A DNA stretch of 62,024 nt, taken from IMG/VR virus record IMGVR_UViG_3300031753_000006, positions 1-62,024 of that record; one strand, 5' to 3'. Both the position numbers and the translations under genes were made by a program. Origin of the DNA: a virus. Lineage: Duplodnaviria > Caudoviricetes. Positions 1 to 9,589 of the stretch are shown here, piece by piece. Under the pieces are notes generated by a model that was not told where the DNA came from, made no database searches, and saw only the letters and a program-made list of their open reading frames with translations. Position 1 is the stretch's first letter. Each line of letters begins with the position of its first letter.

Positions 1-127
1 CTCGTCCCAGTCGTCAAACTCACTCGTCGTAGGCATCGTGAGATGCTCGCTGAGTCTGCCATGTCAGGTAAACTCCGGGCTATCGATCGTAGGTATGGCT
101 TACGTGATGAGCCGAGTGATACCTAAT
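1..127. repeat. Terminal direct repeat, left copy (probable assembly circularisation overlap)
   Basis: Bases 1-127 are identical to 61898-62024. Confidence 0.95.
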
Positions 128-734
128 CAAGGAAAGCCACTGTCGAACTGTCCCGCGTCGGGCTGTCCACCACTGCGGCTGTCGATTCGTCCGTGAGCAC
201 GATCACCGTCGGCCGCGCGTCCGTCACCAGGCGCGCCCAATCGAACGAGACTAGCTGCGACCGCTTGATGAATAGCACCTGCACCGCACTTGCGTCTGTC
301 TGTCCGGTCATACGAGCGTAGGATAGCACGGCCAGCCGCTCGTGCGCACAAAGCAACGCCGCGCGCTACCTTATGTGGATGCGCCGCGCGAGTTACTACA
401 CTTGTAGGATGGCGCTTGGCCCTCCGCTTGCGCTTGCTTACGCGCGCTCGTTCGGTCGATCGGACGTGCGATCACTTGGACGTGCATTGACCCGATCGTG
501 CCGTCATTGTTTCGGGGCCGGCGAGGGTACAGGCGGGAAGGCGGCTTGGGCGGCCACGGCTGTATAAAAAATTCAACAATTTGGAGTGATAACGTTAGAT
601 ATGACGTCGTCCGAAATTTACTACGTTTTTCTGACAATACACGCGAGCGAAGTGTGTAGTGGGCGGTGGGTGATAGGCTCCGCTCTCTCGTTGGCTCGCT
701 TGCGCTCACCTCCTCGTTCGCTCCGCAATTGTTC

Positions 735-763
735 TTGACTTCGGTCAACTATTCTTGCATACT
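735..763 (+). promoter_or_regulatory. Sigma70-type promoter
   Basis: TTGACT-N17-CATACT followed by GGAGGT RBS; the -35 lies in a TTGAC-TTCG-GTCAA palindrome. Confidence 0.5.
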
Positions 764-782
764 CTTCCTCGGAGGTTCTTTG

Positions 783-884
783 ATGCGCACTTGGCAAGAC
801 TGGCTGTTCCTTCCGTTCGCGCCGATCCTTTACGTTTACTGGGTTTACTTCCCGCCGTGCGATAGTCCAGACGGCTGTCAATAG
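783..884 (+). CDS. Small hydrophobic protein (33 aa)
   Basis: GGAGGT RBS then MRTWQDWLFLPFAPILYVYWVYFPPCDSPDGCQ. Confidence 0.45.
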   Translation: MRTWQDWLFLPFAPILYVYWVYFPPCDSPDGCQ

Positions 885-896
885 TAGACAACCCAC

Positions 897-1745
897 ATGT
901 CGGCCACATCCAAGGGCGCCTCGCTTCTTCAGTACAAGCTAGTTGACGGCGAGTGCCACGGTTATGTGGCCGAGTACCATCTCGCGACCTCACTCATCAA
1001 CTCCCAGATCGATTCACTGGCCAAGCGCGGCTACACTTGGCTGCGCCTCTGCATCCCTTACTGGCACGGCCTGAACGACGGACTTACGATGGATTCGACT
1101 GGCGGCACCCTCTCGCCACAACAGATGTCCAACCTCGCCGCGGTCATATCTTACGCAAAATCGGCCGGTTTTGAGCACGTTATGACCGTTCTGCTGCCCG
1201 AGGGACCGGACGATTCCCTCCACAACTGGAAGTCATGGGACGAAGCCTACTACGAGGAGTCGTGGATTCTGACTTGCGCGATTCGCAAGATTCTCGCCGC
1301 GGGCGGCCTTCCATTCGTGATCGAGATGAATGAGGGCGTGTGGGATCCCTCCACACTCTGGGGTCAGTTCAACAAACGGTGGTGGATCGATTACACTTCC
1401 ACGTTCGGCGACCGATCGAACGGAAATCATGTAGACGATGCGACCGTCAGCTTCGTGCCGACACAGATGCAGTGGATTAGCGAGATCTTTTCCGGCAATC
1501 TGCCCGGTGGCCTGTTCGTTCACGAGTACCACGATCAAGACTTCCCCGGTGCCACATGCGTGGCCGACGTTCATCGCGCGGTCAAGGCGCGGATGTACAC
1601 AGTTCCAGGCAGCCCGATTCTACACGTGGGCGAGACTTTCTGCGATTACACGACCTTGCGTGAATTGGGCAATTTCAATCCTCCTGTGATTATCGAATGG
1701 CCGCTGACAGCCGATGGTAACGTCGTGCAGAACGTGATACTGTGA
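897..1745 (+). CDS. Putative clan GH-A glycoside hydrolase (GH5-like TIM barrel)
   Basis: GYTWLRL strand, IEMNEG acid/base-like motif, HEY, LHVGET nucleophile-like motif. Confidence 0.55.
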   Translation: MSATSKGASLLQYKLVDGECHGYVAEYHLATSLINSQIDSLAKRGYTWLRLCIPYWHGLNDGLTMDSTGGTLSPQQMSNLAAVISYAKSAGFEHVMTVLLPEGPDDSLHNWKSWDEAYYEESWILTCAIRKILAAGGLPFVIEMNEGVWDPSTLWGQFNKRWWIDYTSTFGDRSNGNHVDDATVSFVPTQMQWISEIFSGNLPGGLFVHEYHDQDFPGATCVADVHRAVKARMYTVPGSPILHVGETFCDYTTLRELGNFNPPVIIEWPLTADGNVVQNVIL

Positions 1746-1972
1746 TGCGGAGATTGGCCGTCCTATTCGCCGCATCTGCCTTGTTTGCCGCGCCTACCAA
1801 GGTCGACGTCGTCCAGCTCTGGAACGACCTCGCCACTCAATCGGCAGTCTGGGTGACTCTCCAACAAGAGGTCGAACGAACTCCCGGCATATCGCCCATT
1901 CGATCGCAGCGCCAATGGGAGATTGTCCGGCGGGCATTTCATGAGGTCGACGTTGCTGTCCGCGCGCAATGA
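1742..1972 (+). CDS. Small secreted protein
   Basis: Signal-like MRRLAVLFAASALFA; start overlaps the upstream stop. Confidence 0.6.
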   Translation: MMRRLAVLFAASALFAAPTKVDVVQLWNDLATQSAVWVTLQQEVERTPGISPIRSQRQWEIVRRAFHEVDVAVRAQ

Positions 1973-1986
1973 TGTAAACTCAGATT

Positions 1987-2112
1987 ATGGACGACAAAAA
2001 AGTATCCAAGTCCGGCAAGGACATGAAGCTGAAACTGAAGGTCAAGATGAAAGTCCCAATGGGCATGGCTGGCAAGGCTCCGTCCGTGTCAATGGGCAAG
2101 AAGGGTAAATGA
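1987..2112 (+). CDS. Small Lys/Met-rich basic protein (41 aa, not in ORF track)
   Basis: MDDKKVSKSGKDMKLKLKVKMKVPMGMAGKAPSVSMGKKGK; TAAACT-N6-ATG upstream. Confidence 0.6.
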   Translation: MDDKKVSKSGKDMKLKLKVKMKVPMGMAGKAPSVSMGKKGK

Positions 2113-2273
2113 AGTTTCGGCCGACCGTCTACGTACGGGATTTGGTTTTGTGGTGCGCAATCGGCCTGCTGGGCGTGATGCTGTACACCGAACATAAGTC
2201 CGCTCGAGAGTTCGAGACAGCGACCCGACAGGGAGTCGAACATGCCCTCCAGCAACTCTTCAATCGGCAGTAA
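2109..2273 (+). CDS. Small membrane protein (54 aa, not in ORF track)
   Basis: ATGA overlap with previous gene; TM-like LVLWCAIGLLGVMLY. Confidence 0.55.
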   Translation: MKFRPTVYVRDLVLWCAIGLLGVMLYTEHKSAREFETATRQGVEHALQQLFNRQ

Positions 2274-2447
2274 GCTGCGCGAGGCCTTCCTAGGGTCGAG
2301 CCACCCGGTGTACCATTTTATTGTACTCACGCTGGCTCTTTATGTTGCCGTTAAGGTTCACCGCTGCCATTCTACTTGCCATCGCCAGCCTAGTTCTCGC
2401 TGACTCCTTCCAGTCCACCTCCGCACCCTCCGTGGTAAACTGTGGGC

Positions 2448-2801
2448 ATGAAGCGTCTTGTTGCCGCTGTAGTAGTTGTCCTCATCGGAATTGTCATGAT
2501 GATTCCGACCGCCGCCCAATCGGTCCTCACGTCGAATGACACGGTGCTCACTGGGCAGCAAACTGTCACATCCACAGCCACTAGTCTTGGCACGGCCGCC
2601 ACGGGTGGTATCAAAACCCTCTGTGTTGTTGCCGCGCACGGAAATGGCACCGCGATTGAGGTCGGCGGATCGAACGTGACAACGTCCAACGGTCTGATCC
2701 TCAATGCTGATCAATCCTGGTGCATCAACGTCAAGAACCTGAACGCGGTCTTCGTGGTCGGATCGGCCGGCGGCAATGTTTCTTGGGGCGCGACCAAGTG
2801 A
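2448..2801 (+). CDS. Secreted or membrane-anchored beta-rich protein
   Basis: MKRLVAAVVVVLIGIV signal; extended -10 TGGTAAACT-N6-ATG. Confidence 0.7.
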   Translation: MKRLVAAVVVVLIGIVMMIPTAAQSVLTSNDTVLTGQQTVTSTATSLGTAATGGIKTLCVVAAHGNGTAIEVGGSNVTTSNGLILNADQSWCINVKNLNAVFVVGSAGGNVSWGATK

Positions 2802-2807
2802 GGTGGC

Positions 2808-3539
2808 ATGAGAAAATTAATCTACAGCGCGTGTGCGATTCTCATTCTTTCGGCCGTTCTAAGCGGCGATAGTTTCAGCGGCGGCAGCGGATCCGGCGGC
2901 ACTACAGTCACGGTCGCGGCTCCCTACATCACGGTTGGCGGCGTCAAAGTCGTAATGGCAACCGGCTGGCCGTTCACAGCGTTCTTTAGTGGGTCATTCC
3001 TAGACGCTACAACCTCAACTCTAACCGCAGGTACAAATGGCTCCGAGTTAATGTCCTGTGTATGTAGCAACGCCAACTCATGGTACTCAATCTCCGCAAC
3101 AACTAGTGTAGAAGCGGAGATCGGTGGGCTAACCGCTGACAGTAACGCCGTAACAGCCCAATATACCGGCGGGATTTGGATGTGTGATACAACAAACGGT
3201 AAGCTCTATTCTCTTGAAACCGTGACTAACGCTGCCTCAGCTAGTTCTGGACTTATTTATGTTCAACTAGTCTCTTGGACATTGGCGGCGTGTGCAGGAA
3301 CTCCTTCTGCACCTACTGCATTAGGTCAGTTCCAAATTGTCCCCGCGTCCCCTTTGCATTTTAAATTATCCAAATCAGCGAGCAACCTTATTACCCAAAC
3401 CAGCATGGATGCTGGACAGACCTACACCCAATTAGACTCGAGAGCAATCGGAACAATAACCAAAGGCGGAGTTCACGTCCGCACGGGCAGCGCAAGCACG
3501 ACCGTAAATATGACGGTACTTTCGGTTGTTGTAACCTAA
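2808..3539 (+). CDS. Secreted Ser/Thr/Gly-rich protein
   Basis: Signal-like N-terminus, GAGGT RBS, beta-rich composition. Confidence 0.7.
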   Translation: MRKLIYSACAILILSAVLSGDSFSGGSGSGGTTVTVAAPYITVGGVKVVMATGWPFTAFFSGSFLDATTSTLTAGTNGSELMSCVCSNANSWYSISATTSVEAEIGGLTADSNAVTAQYTGGIWMCDTTNGKLYSLETVTNAASASSGLIYVQLVSWTLAACAGTPSAPTALGQFQIVPASPLHFKLSKSASNLITQTSMDAGQTYTQLDSRAIGTITKGGVHVRTGSASTTVNMTVLSVVVT

Positions 3540-3547
3540 TTCCCGTC

Positions 3548-5020
3548 ATGAAAACCCTAATCCTATTAGCCATATATCTTGTTAATAGCGACCTCAACCA
3601 AACTGGAGCGTTTTCGGATACAACGCTAACTACGTCTAACGTAAATACCTCCACGTTTGGGAAGGTCAGTTCCTACCACGTAGACGTCCCCACATTCACC
3701 CAACCTATCATAGCGCCCTCGATTGTCATAAACGGGACACCCCGTGACCTACTTCTGTTTACAACAATGACAAATAAGGTGTACGCGTTTGATGCGAATA
3801 GTTTTGGGTTACCGATTTGGAAAGTCACGCTTGGGACCACGAGAAGTATCTTCCCCTCTCGAGGCGTGGGAAATGAGACTAGGTGGACTGAAATAGGAAT
3901 TTTAGGTGCCCCCGCCGTTGATACTTCGTTGAATGCACTTTTTGTTGTCGCTGCTCTGCCCGCTACGTATCGTCTTTTTAAGGTATCCCTTCTAGATGGA
4001 TCGATCATAAATAGCACCGACATAACCGGTCAGGTTACCGGTACGGGTGATAGCGGAGATATGGTTGTGGGTGGTAAACTGCAATTCTCCGCCGCACAAC
4101 ATCTCCAAAGAACCGGCCTAACCATCGCAAATGGGAATGTCTATATCTGCTTCGGCTCGTTAGAAGACACCCGGCCTTGGCATGGGTGGGTCTTTGCGTA
4201 TACTGAATCCAACCTATCCCAAGTCGGTGTTTTTTGTACTACTCCATCGTCTTTTGGAGGGGGGATTTGGCAATCCGGCGGTGCGCCCTCCGTTGATGGT
4301 TCAGGAAACGTCTATGTTGTAACTGGAAACGGTAATTCCATTTCAGATGGTGTTGAATTAGGAGAGTCTATACTTAAACTAAGCCCAACACTTTCCCTTC
4401 TCGATTGGTTTACTACATCCTCCTTTTCAACCCTCGATCCCATAGATGCTGATATTTCTTCTGGTAGAGCAATACTCATCCCCGGTACGTCAAAAGTAAC
4501 GGCCGCTGGCAAGGACTTCACTGTTTACTCAGCGGACACGGCCTGCATGGGACACCTACAGGGATCGAATATCAACTGCACACTACAAACGTTCAAATCC
4601 AACGTAGCGGGTGTAGTCTCAGATACAACCGGCTCATATGGGAGTGTCCTAGTAAACAACAAACTCTACGTACCCACTACCGATGGTTCCATTTACGGAT
4701 TCACAGTCTCGTCCGGTGTGTTTAGCGTAACCCCACTAGCAACCCAACTGAACACCTACGGATTTCCAGGCACGGCGCAGATTTCCTCCTCTAACGGTAT
4801 AATCTGGACAGTCACGTCTACAAACGACAGTCACCTCAACCCCGCTAGCGGAACTCTGCGCGCCCTAAACGCCAGTACCCTAACCGAACTGTGGAACTCA
4901 GACCAAACTCCCGGTGATACTTTAGGGCACATGGTTAAATATGTCGGCCCAACTGTATACAACGGCAAAGTCTACGTACCCAACCAAGACGGGCAGATCC
5001 AGGTGTATGGGCTACGTTAA
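3548..5020 (+). CDS. PQQ-like beta-propeller protein (Acidobacteriota-type)
   Basis: TLTTSNVNTSTFGK, GGGIWQSGGAPSVDGSGNVYVVTGNG, ELWNS, PTVYNGKVYVP...VYGL motifs. Confidence 0.7.
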   Translation: MKTLILLAIYLVNSDLNQTGAFSDTTLTTSNVNTSTFGKVSSYHVDVPTFTQPIIAPSIVINGTPRDLLLFTTMTNKVYAFDANSFGLPIWKVTLGTTRSIFPSRGVGNETRWTEIGILGAPAVDTSLNALFVVAALPATYRLFKVSLLDGSIINSTDITGQVTGTGDSGDMVVGGKLQFSAAQHLQRTGLTIANGNVYICFGSLEDTRPWHGWVFAYTESNLSQVGVFCTTPSSFGGGIWQSGGAPSVDGSGNVYVVTGNGNSISDGVELGESILKLSPTLSLLDWFTTSSFSTLDPIDADISSGRAILIPGTSKVTAAGKDFTVYSADTACMGHLQGSNINCTLQTFKSNVAGVVSDTTGSYGSVLVNNKLYVPTTDGSIYGFTVSSGVFSVTPLATQLNTYGFPGTAQISSSNGIIWTVTSTNDSHLNPASGTLRALNASTLTELWNSDQTPGDTLGHMVKYVGPTVYNGKVYVPNQDGQIQVYGLR

Positions 5021-5032
5021 ACTGAGATCGTA

Positions 5033-5680
5033 ATGACCAAAACGCTCTCACAGACCTCTCCGCGCGGCCTTGTACCTTCTGGCGCATCTGACGTTGTCTA
5101 CCAAGAATTCCTCGACAAGCTCCACGTTCGCGACAAAGACTCGACTGGACAAATCGTTCGGGAGGCATTGGCTTCGTCCGGCGACCCGCGTTTCCGCGCT
5201 TTCCTCGAGTACACGATGGGCGGCAACCCGCGCCTCTCTCTTGCCCATGTAGCCAAGCAGTGCCAGATCGACATGCTGGAATTCCAAGCATTCTGGCGGG
5301 ACGCGCGAGTTAATCAATCGATCAACAAAGCGATCGACAATCTGCCTGTTCTGACGCAGGATATGATCGACGATGCGCGGACGGATGAGACAACCTGCCC
5401 AGCATGCGACGGCACCGGACAGATCGAGCGCGAGGGCAAGCCCGCGAAGATATGTGCGAATTGTCTCGGCAAGGGTGTAGTGCGGACGGTCGGCGACAAG
5501 CATTCGCGCGACAAATTGCTAGAAATGACGGGCGTGATCAAGAAAGAGGCGCCTGTCCAAGTCAACCTGAACATGCGCGGGATTGGCATGGAAGCCGCGG
5601 CAGCCAAACTGAACAAGGCCGTGCCGTTTGACCTCGACATCGAAGCAGAAACCGTTGACATCCCAGCCGATCCAGAGTAG
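5033..5680 (+). CDS. Terminase small subunit candidate with DnaJ-type zinc finger
   Basis: CPACDGTG...CANCLGKG; HTH-like N-terminal half; lies upstream of TerL. Confidence 0.5.
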   Translation: MTKTLSQTSPRGLVPSGASDVVYQEFLDKLHVRDKDSTGQIVREALASSGDPRFRAFLEYTMGGNPRLSLAHVAKQCQIDMLEFQAFWRDARVNQSINKAIDNLPVLTQDMIDDARTDETTCPACDGTGQIEREGKPAKICANCLGKGVVRTVGDKHSRDKLLEMTGVIKKEAPVQVNLNMRGIGMEAAAAKLNKAVPFDLDIEAETVDIPADPE

Positions 5681-5683
5681 ACT
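5655..5683 (+). promoter_or_regulatory. Sigma70 promoter, leaderless type
   Basis: TTGACA-N17-TAGACT-N6-ATG(5690). Confidence 0.65.
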
Positions 5684-5689
5684 CGGTAC

Positions 5690-6325
5690 ATGCGTAAACT
5701 GCTCGTGTTGTTCGTGACGTTTGCCACTGCTCCTCTGTTTGCACAGGCGACCGCCCTCACATTGAGTCTGGCCGGACCTACCATCTTCAAACCCGCTGGC
5801 ACTGTCGTTCTCAACCTCGCTCTTTCAGGGTCTAGCGGCGCGAACATATCTGGCGTCCAGTTCACCGTCCCAGCGCCCGGTGGATCGACCGTCGTAATGG
5901 CCGGCGCGGCGTCCACTGCGGCGAGCAAACAAGTTACGTGCAATCAAGCCGCGACTGGAACTTTGCCGCTGACGTGTATCGCGGTGGGTTTGAACAACGC
6001 GACGTTCTCTGATGGGGTGGTGGCGGTGTTGACCGTGACCTTGCCGAATCCGATCGTGCAGGGTCTGACGTGGACAATGCCTACTATAGTGGCGTCAACT
6101 GTCGGCGCCCAAGTGACCGCGACCTCAGCCGCGCCGACAAATCCTTGTAACATCACCGGCAGTGGGACGGTTGGGACAGCGGACATGACTGCGTCGATCT
6201 CACAGGCTCTGAATGCGGCCGTCTCGTGTGTGGATCTAACGGGAGATGGTGTCTGTAATATCTTCGATGTGGTGAGAGTTGTGATTGCCGCGCAGCCGTC
6301 TGGTGTGTGCAAAGTCGGGCCGTAA
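5690..6325 (+). CDS. Secreted cohesin-like plus dockerin-like domain protein
   Basis: Signal peptide; beta-sandwich (SGVQFTV...GLNNATFSDGVVAVLTVTL); two EF-hand-like repeats CNITGSGTVGTAD and DLTGDGVCNIFDV. Confidence 0.65.
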   Translation: MRKLLVLFVTFATAPLFAQATALTLSLAGPTIFKPAGTVVLNLALSGSSGANISGVQFTVPAPGGSTVVMAGAASTAASKQVTCNQAATGTLPLTCIAVGLNNATFSDGVVAVLTVTLPNPIVQGLTWTMPTIVASTVGAQVTATSAAPTNPCNITGSGTVGTADMTASISQALNAAVSCVDLTGDGVCNIFDVVRVVIAAQPSGVCKVGP

Positions 6326-6597
6326 TGATCCGCGCCCTCCTCGCCTTATTCCGCCCGCTGTACACAATCGCCAAGGAGTTGGCGATCATACGTGAGTTGT
6401 ACGAGTTGGAGTTACGAGAGCGGCACGTTAACCCACAATGGGCGCCGATGCCGCTGTCTCGAGTCACTGAAAAACCGAAGAAGGGAGACGTGGAGGTCAA
6501 CTACTTCGACGAGAATGCGGATCAGCGCAAACACAAACAAGTGGATTGGGAAGACGAGGATGAGTTCGATCCCGGCGGTTGGTCTGGAGCTTCTTAG
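6325..6597 (+). CDS. Hypothetical protein
   Basis: TAATG coupling to upstream gene; acidic C-terminus. Confidence 0.6.
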   Translation: MIRALLALFRPLYTIAKELAIIRELYELELRERHVNPQWAPMPLSRVTEKPKKGDVEVNYFDENADQRKHKQVDWEDEDEFDPGGWSGAS

Positions 6598-7847
6598 TGT
6601 ACGCTTCTGAGATCATCGAACGCCGCCTCGCAACCGCCAAACGTGCTGGCCTTCAGTATACCCGTCTTCCCCGTCTCGAGTCGATCGCACGTTCGGCCGA
6701 ACTAGAGTTGTTACGTTCGGACGGCCGCGGCGGCAAATTACCGGACGAACAACTGTCCCGCCCGCTCACGCAGGTCGAACAGGAGTTTGTGGCGTCAGAG
6801 CAACTATTGTGCAAGGTGGACTTCTCTTACTGGATGACCAGATATGCTTTTTGTGAACTTGATCCCGGAGTCACGCCCGATGGCAAAGGCGGTATCGCGC
6901 CGCCGATTCTTGCAGAGTCTCAGTTGCATTACATCAAGCTACTGGGGCGGAAAGAGGTTGAAGTCCACGCCGAGTACGGCAAATACAAACTTACCCTTGG
7001 CATTCACGCGTATTTCCACAAAACTAGACAGGTTATGGCTACAGCCACCACCCGTGCACTCACGTGGCACCGGTTGTTATTCTGGAATGGCACCCGAGCT
7101 TTTTGTGCCACACTTGACGAGCCGAGAATAGGAGAATTGTTCAAACGTGACCACATCATCCTCGACAACCTCCCGTGGTGGCAACTCCCGAAAGTCTACC
7201 CAGACGTCAAAGACACTGAGATCGGATTGGAGCCGCCAATCTCAAGCCGTATCAGTTATCAGGCAGAGAATCAAGTCACTGGTATCGGAACTGGGAGCCA
7301 AAATGACGTATCTCACCTTACGGAGGTCGCTCTCTGGAAATATCCTGGCAGAATTCGGTTTAGTTTTGTCCCATCGATCCCCAAGTCAGTCACTACCCTC
7401 CATATCCAAGAATCCACCGCCGACGGCAAAGGCAACTACTGGCACGAAGTCACCGAAGCGGCCCGTCACAAAAAACGCGGGTTCGAGCACTTCGTCTACG
7501 CGTTCATCCCGTGGTGGTTCAACAAAAACAAATACCGGTCTGTCCCTCCCAGTAACTGGCGGCCTGAGTCGCACACTATTAGCCACGCTGAACTCATCGA
7601 ACGAACGTCGCCTGAATTCAACGGAGGAGTTTTATACAAACCAACTCTGGAACAACTCTACTGGTGGGAATCGACCCGCGCGGAACACGTCAAAACAGGC
7701 GAACTCGCGGCGTTCCTAACGAACTATCCTGCCACGCCCGAACAGTCGTTTCAGAATCCGACGCAGGGAGCGTTGCCAGCTGAGTTGATGGAGGAAATGG
7801 AGACTGAGTGCAAGACGCCCGTGCCGTATGAAGTGGAGTGTGTCTGA
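6597..7847 (+). CDS. terL: Terminase large subunit, N-terminal ATPase part
   Basis: Walker A-like HKTRQVMAT, Walker B-like SHLTEVALW, coupling motif ESTADG, FIPWW, YPATPEQSF; start GTG 6597 (ORF open from 6579). Confidence 0.85.
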   Translation: MYASEIIERRLATAKRAGLQYTRLPRLESIARSAELELLRSDGRGGKLPDEQLSRPLTQVEQEFVASEQLLCKVDFSYWMTRYAFCELDPGVTPDGKGGIAPPILAESQLHYIKLLGRKEVEVHAEYGKYKLTLGIHAYFHKTRQVMATATTRALTWHRLLFWNGTRAFCATLDEPRIGELFKRDHIILDNLPWWQLPKVYPDVKDTEIGLEPPISSRISYQAENQVTGIGTGSQNDVSHLTEVALWKYPGRIRFSFVPSIPKSVTTLHIQESTADGKGNYWHEVTEAARHKKRGFEHFVYAFIPWWFNKNKYRSVPPSNWRPESHTISHAELIERTSPEFNGGVLYKPTLEQLYWWESTRAEHVKTGELAAFLTNYPATPEQSFQNPTQGALPAELMEEMETECKTPVPYEVECV

Positions 7848-8752
7848 TGGCGCTGGCTCCCGATGCCCTGCATGTCGGCGGTAGCAGCATTCATCGTTGC
7901 AACGAATCGTGGGAATCAATCCAAGCCGATCCTCGCGGCCTTCTCTTGATGTGGCACGAACCGCGCCCAGACGCGCATTACGTCATCTCGTGCGATCCAA
8001 CGATGGGCATCACCGGCTGGACAAGATCCGCGCGCCGAGACGGCGACGAAAAGGTGGATAATTGTGCAATCGAAATCTTTCAGTCCGAGGCCATCAAGCT
8101 CCCTCTTTTTAACGAGGACGGAATTCAGAAGATTGATCCGGCGACGAAGCAACCGGCTTTTGTTAGACGAGATATGCAAGTCGCAGAGTATGCCGGACCA
8201 GTGGACGCTGTTGAAGCAGCCAGGATCTGCAAACTCCTTGGACGGATATATCAGGGTGCCGATGAAGAATACGCCCGCCTCATATACGAAGCATGGCCTG
8301 GGCCAGGGGTACTTACTACTCAGGAGCTATTACGGCTTAATTACTCCAATATCTGGATGTGGGAATACATAACCGGCGAGGCTGAAGAAACCAACCGGAT
8401 GGGTTGGCAGTCGTCCTTCCAATCCCAGAAGATCCTGTGGTTTCGTTCGCGCCGACATTTGATGGAACGAAAGGCCAAGATCTATTCGCAGTGGCTGGTC
8501 GAAGAGTACGCGAACTCGGTCATCGATATGGACAAGATGCGTGCTAAGGCCGCATACGGATACCATGACGATCGAATGCAGGCTGCTAACATGGCTTTCT
8601 GGGCGGCCCACAGGTGGTCGTACGATGAATCCCCGCCAGAGCCGGTGACCGCGAACGCCGAGATGGACTTCCAGAAGTTCGCTCCGACATTAGGTGAATC
8701 AGGCGACTTCCGCGCGGCGTGGGAAGTGAGCGTCGATAACTGGGACGTTTGA
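7847..8752 (+). CDS. terL: Terminase large subunit, C-terminal nuclease part
   Basis: YVISCDPTMG, QVAEY, GYHDDRMQA RNase H-fold acidic motifs; TGATG overlap with the ATPase ORF. Confidence 0.8.
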   Translation: MALAPDALHVGGSSIHRCNESWESIQADPRGLLLMWHEPRPDAHYVISCDPTMGITGWTRSARRDGDEKVDNCAIEIFQSEAIKLPLFNEDGIQKIDPATKQPAFVRRDMQVAEYAGPVDAVEAARICKLLGRIYQGADEEYARLIYEAWPGPGVLTTQELLRLNYSNIWMWEYITGEAEETNRMGWQSSFQSQKILWFRSRRHLMERKAKIYSQWLVEEYANSVIDMDKMRAKAAYGYHDDRMQAANMAFWAAHRWSYDESPPEPVTANAEMDFQKFAPTLGESGDFRAAWEVSVDNWDV

Positions 8753-8777
8753 CATGCGCAACAATTAGGGTTACACT
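8749..8777 (+). promoter_or_regulatory. Sigma70 promoter
   Basis: TTGACA-N17-TACACT, 8 nt before ATG 8786. Confidence 0.65.
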
Positions 8778-8785
8778 CCAACCAT

Positions 8786-9061
8786 ATGGACCCTACCAGC
8801 TCCACTACTCAGGTGAAGCCCAAGCCCGCGAAGCCGAATCCGCCTGTCTCCAACCCACAGGGGGCGGTTGCCTCAGCCCCAGCCGCTCCCACCGCGCTTA
8901 ACGCTGATGGGTCGTACGACTTCCTGTACACGATCAATCCACAGGAGACGCGGCGCCTGCTCACGCGCACCGGACGAGCAAACCGCGAGGAGATGGAGAA
9001 GGAATTGCCGCGATATGTCGAGCGGATCGTCAAGCGGGCAGTGGAAAGTGAAATATATTGA
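8786..9061 (+). CDS. Hypothetical protein
   Basis: ORF directly after a promoter; Pro-rich N-terminus. Confidence 0.6.
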   Translation: MDPTSSTTQVKPKPAKPNPPVSNPQGAVASAPAAPTALNADGSYDFLYTINPQETRRLLTRTGRANREEMEKELPRYVERIVKRAVESEIY

Positions 9062-9131
9062 TGGTGGTTTGTGTCGACCAATTGGCCAGCAATTGTTGTG
9101 GTTGTGATGTTACTGTTATGGATGTGCCGAG

Positions 9132-9572
9132 ATGATGACTTGTGAGAAGTGCGGTGAAAGGCGGCGACTCGGTGACTGGCCGTACTGCCAAGACGAGACT
9201 GGCCGACACGGACATTCGCGTGGTCATGGCGGCACGTTACTCCAGTCGATCCATCCTATGGAGCGAGCTGTTGTGTTTCGCAACCCCCAAACCGGCGAGA
9301 TCCGCACTCCTGCCCGTAACGACACAGACATGCCCGACTCCTATAAACGCGCAGGGTTCGAGAGAGTGGAAATCGACACCCACCAGAAACGGCGCGAGTT
9401 GGAGAAGGAAGGGCACATGATGGAAGCAGCGTACTATGACAACGGGTCTGCGACGGCCGATCGAGAAATGGAACAGTCGGCCGGCCCAGAGTTGGACGGT
9501 TCGTGCGTCGGATCGGCTGGCGATAACGCATTGACACTTCAAGACCTTCGCAGCGCAGGTCTGCAAGACTAG
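9132..9572 (+). CDS. Zinc-ribbon-containing protein
   Basis: CEKCG...WPYC...H; lies between TerL and portal. Confidence 0.6.
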   Translation: MMTCEKCGERRRLGDWPYCQDETGRHGHSRGHGGTLLQSIHPMERAVVFRNPQTGEIRTPARNDTDMPDSYKRAGFERVEIDTHQKRRELEKEGHMMEAAYYDNGSATADREMEQSAGPELDGSCVGSAGDNALTLQDLRSAGLQD

Positions 9573-9589
9573 GCTACAATACAGGCAGC

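Noticed and set aside
1-127. Biological terminal repeat
   Set aside because: The length of 127 equals a common assembler k-mer, so it is more likely a circularisation overlap.
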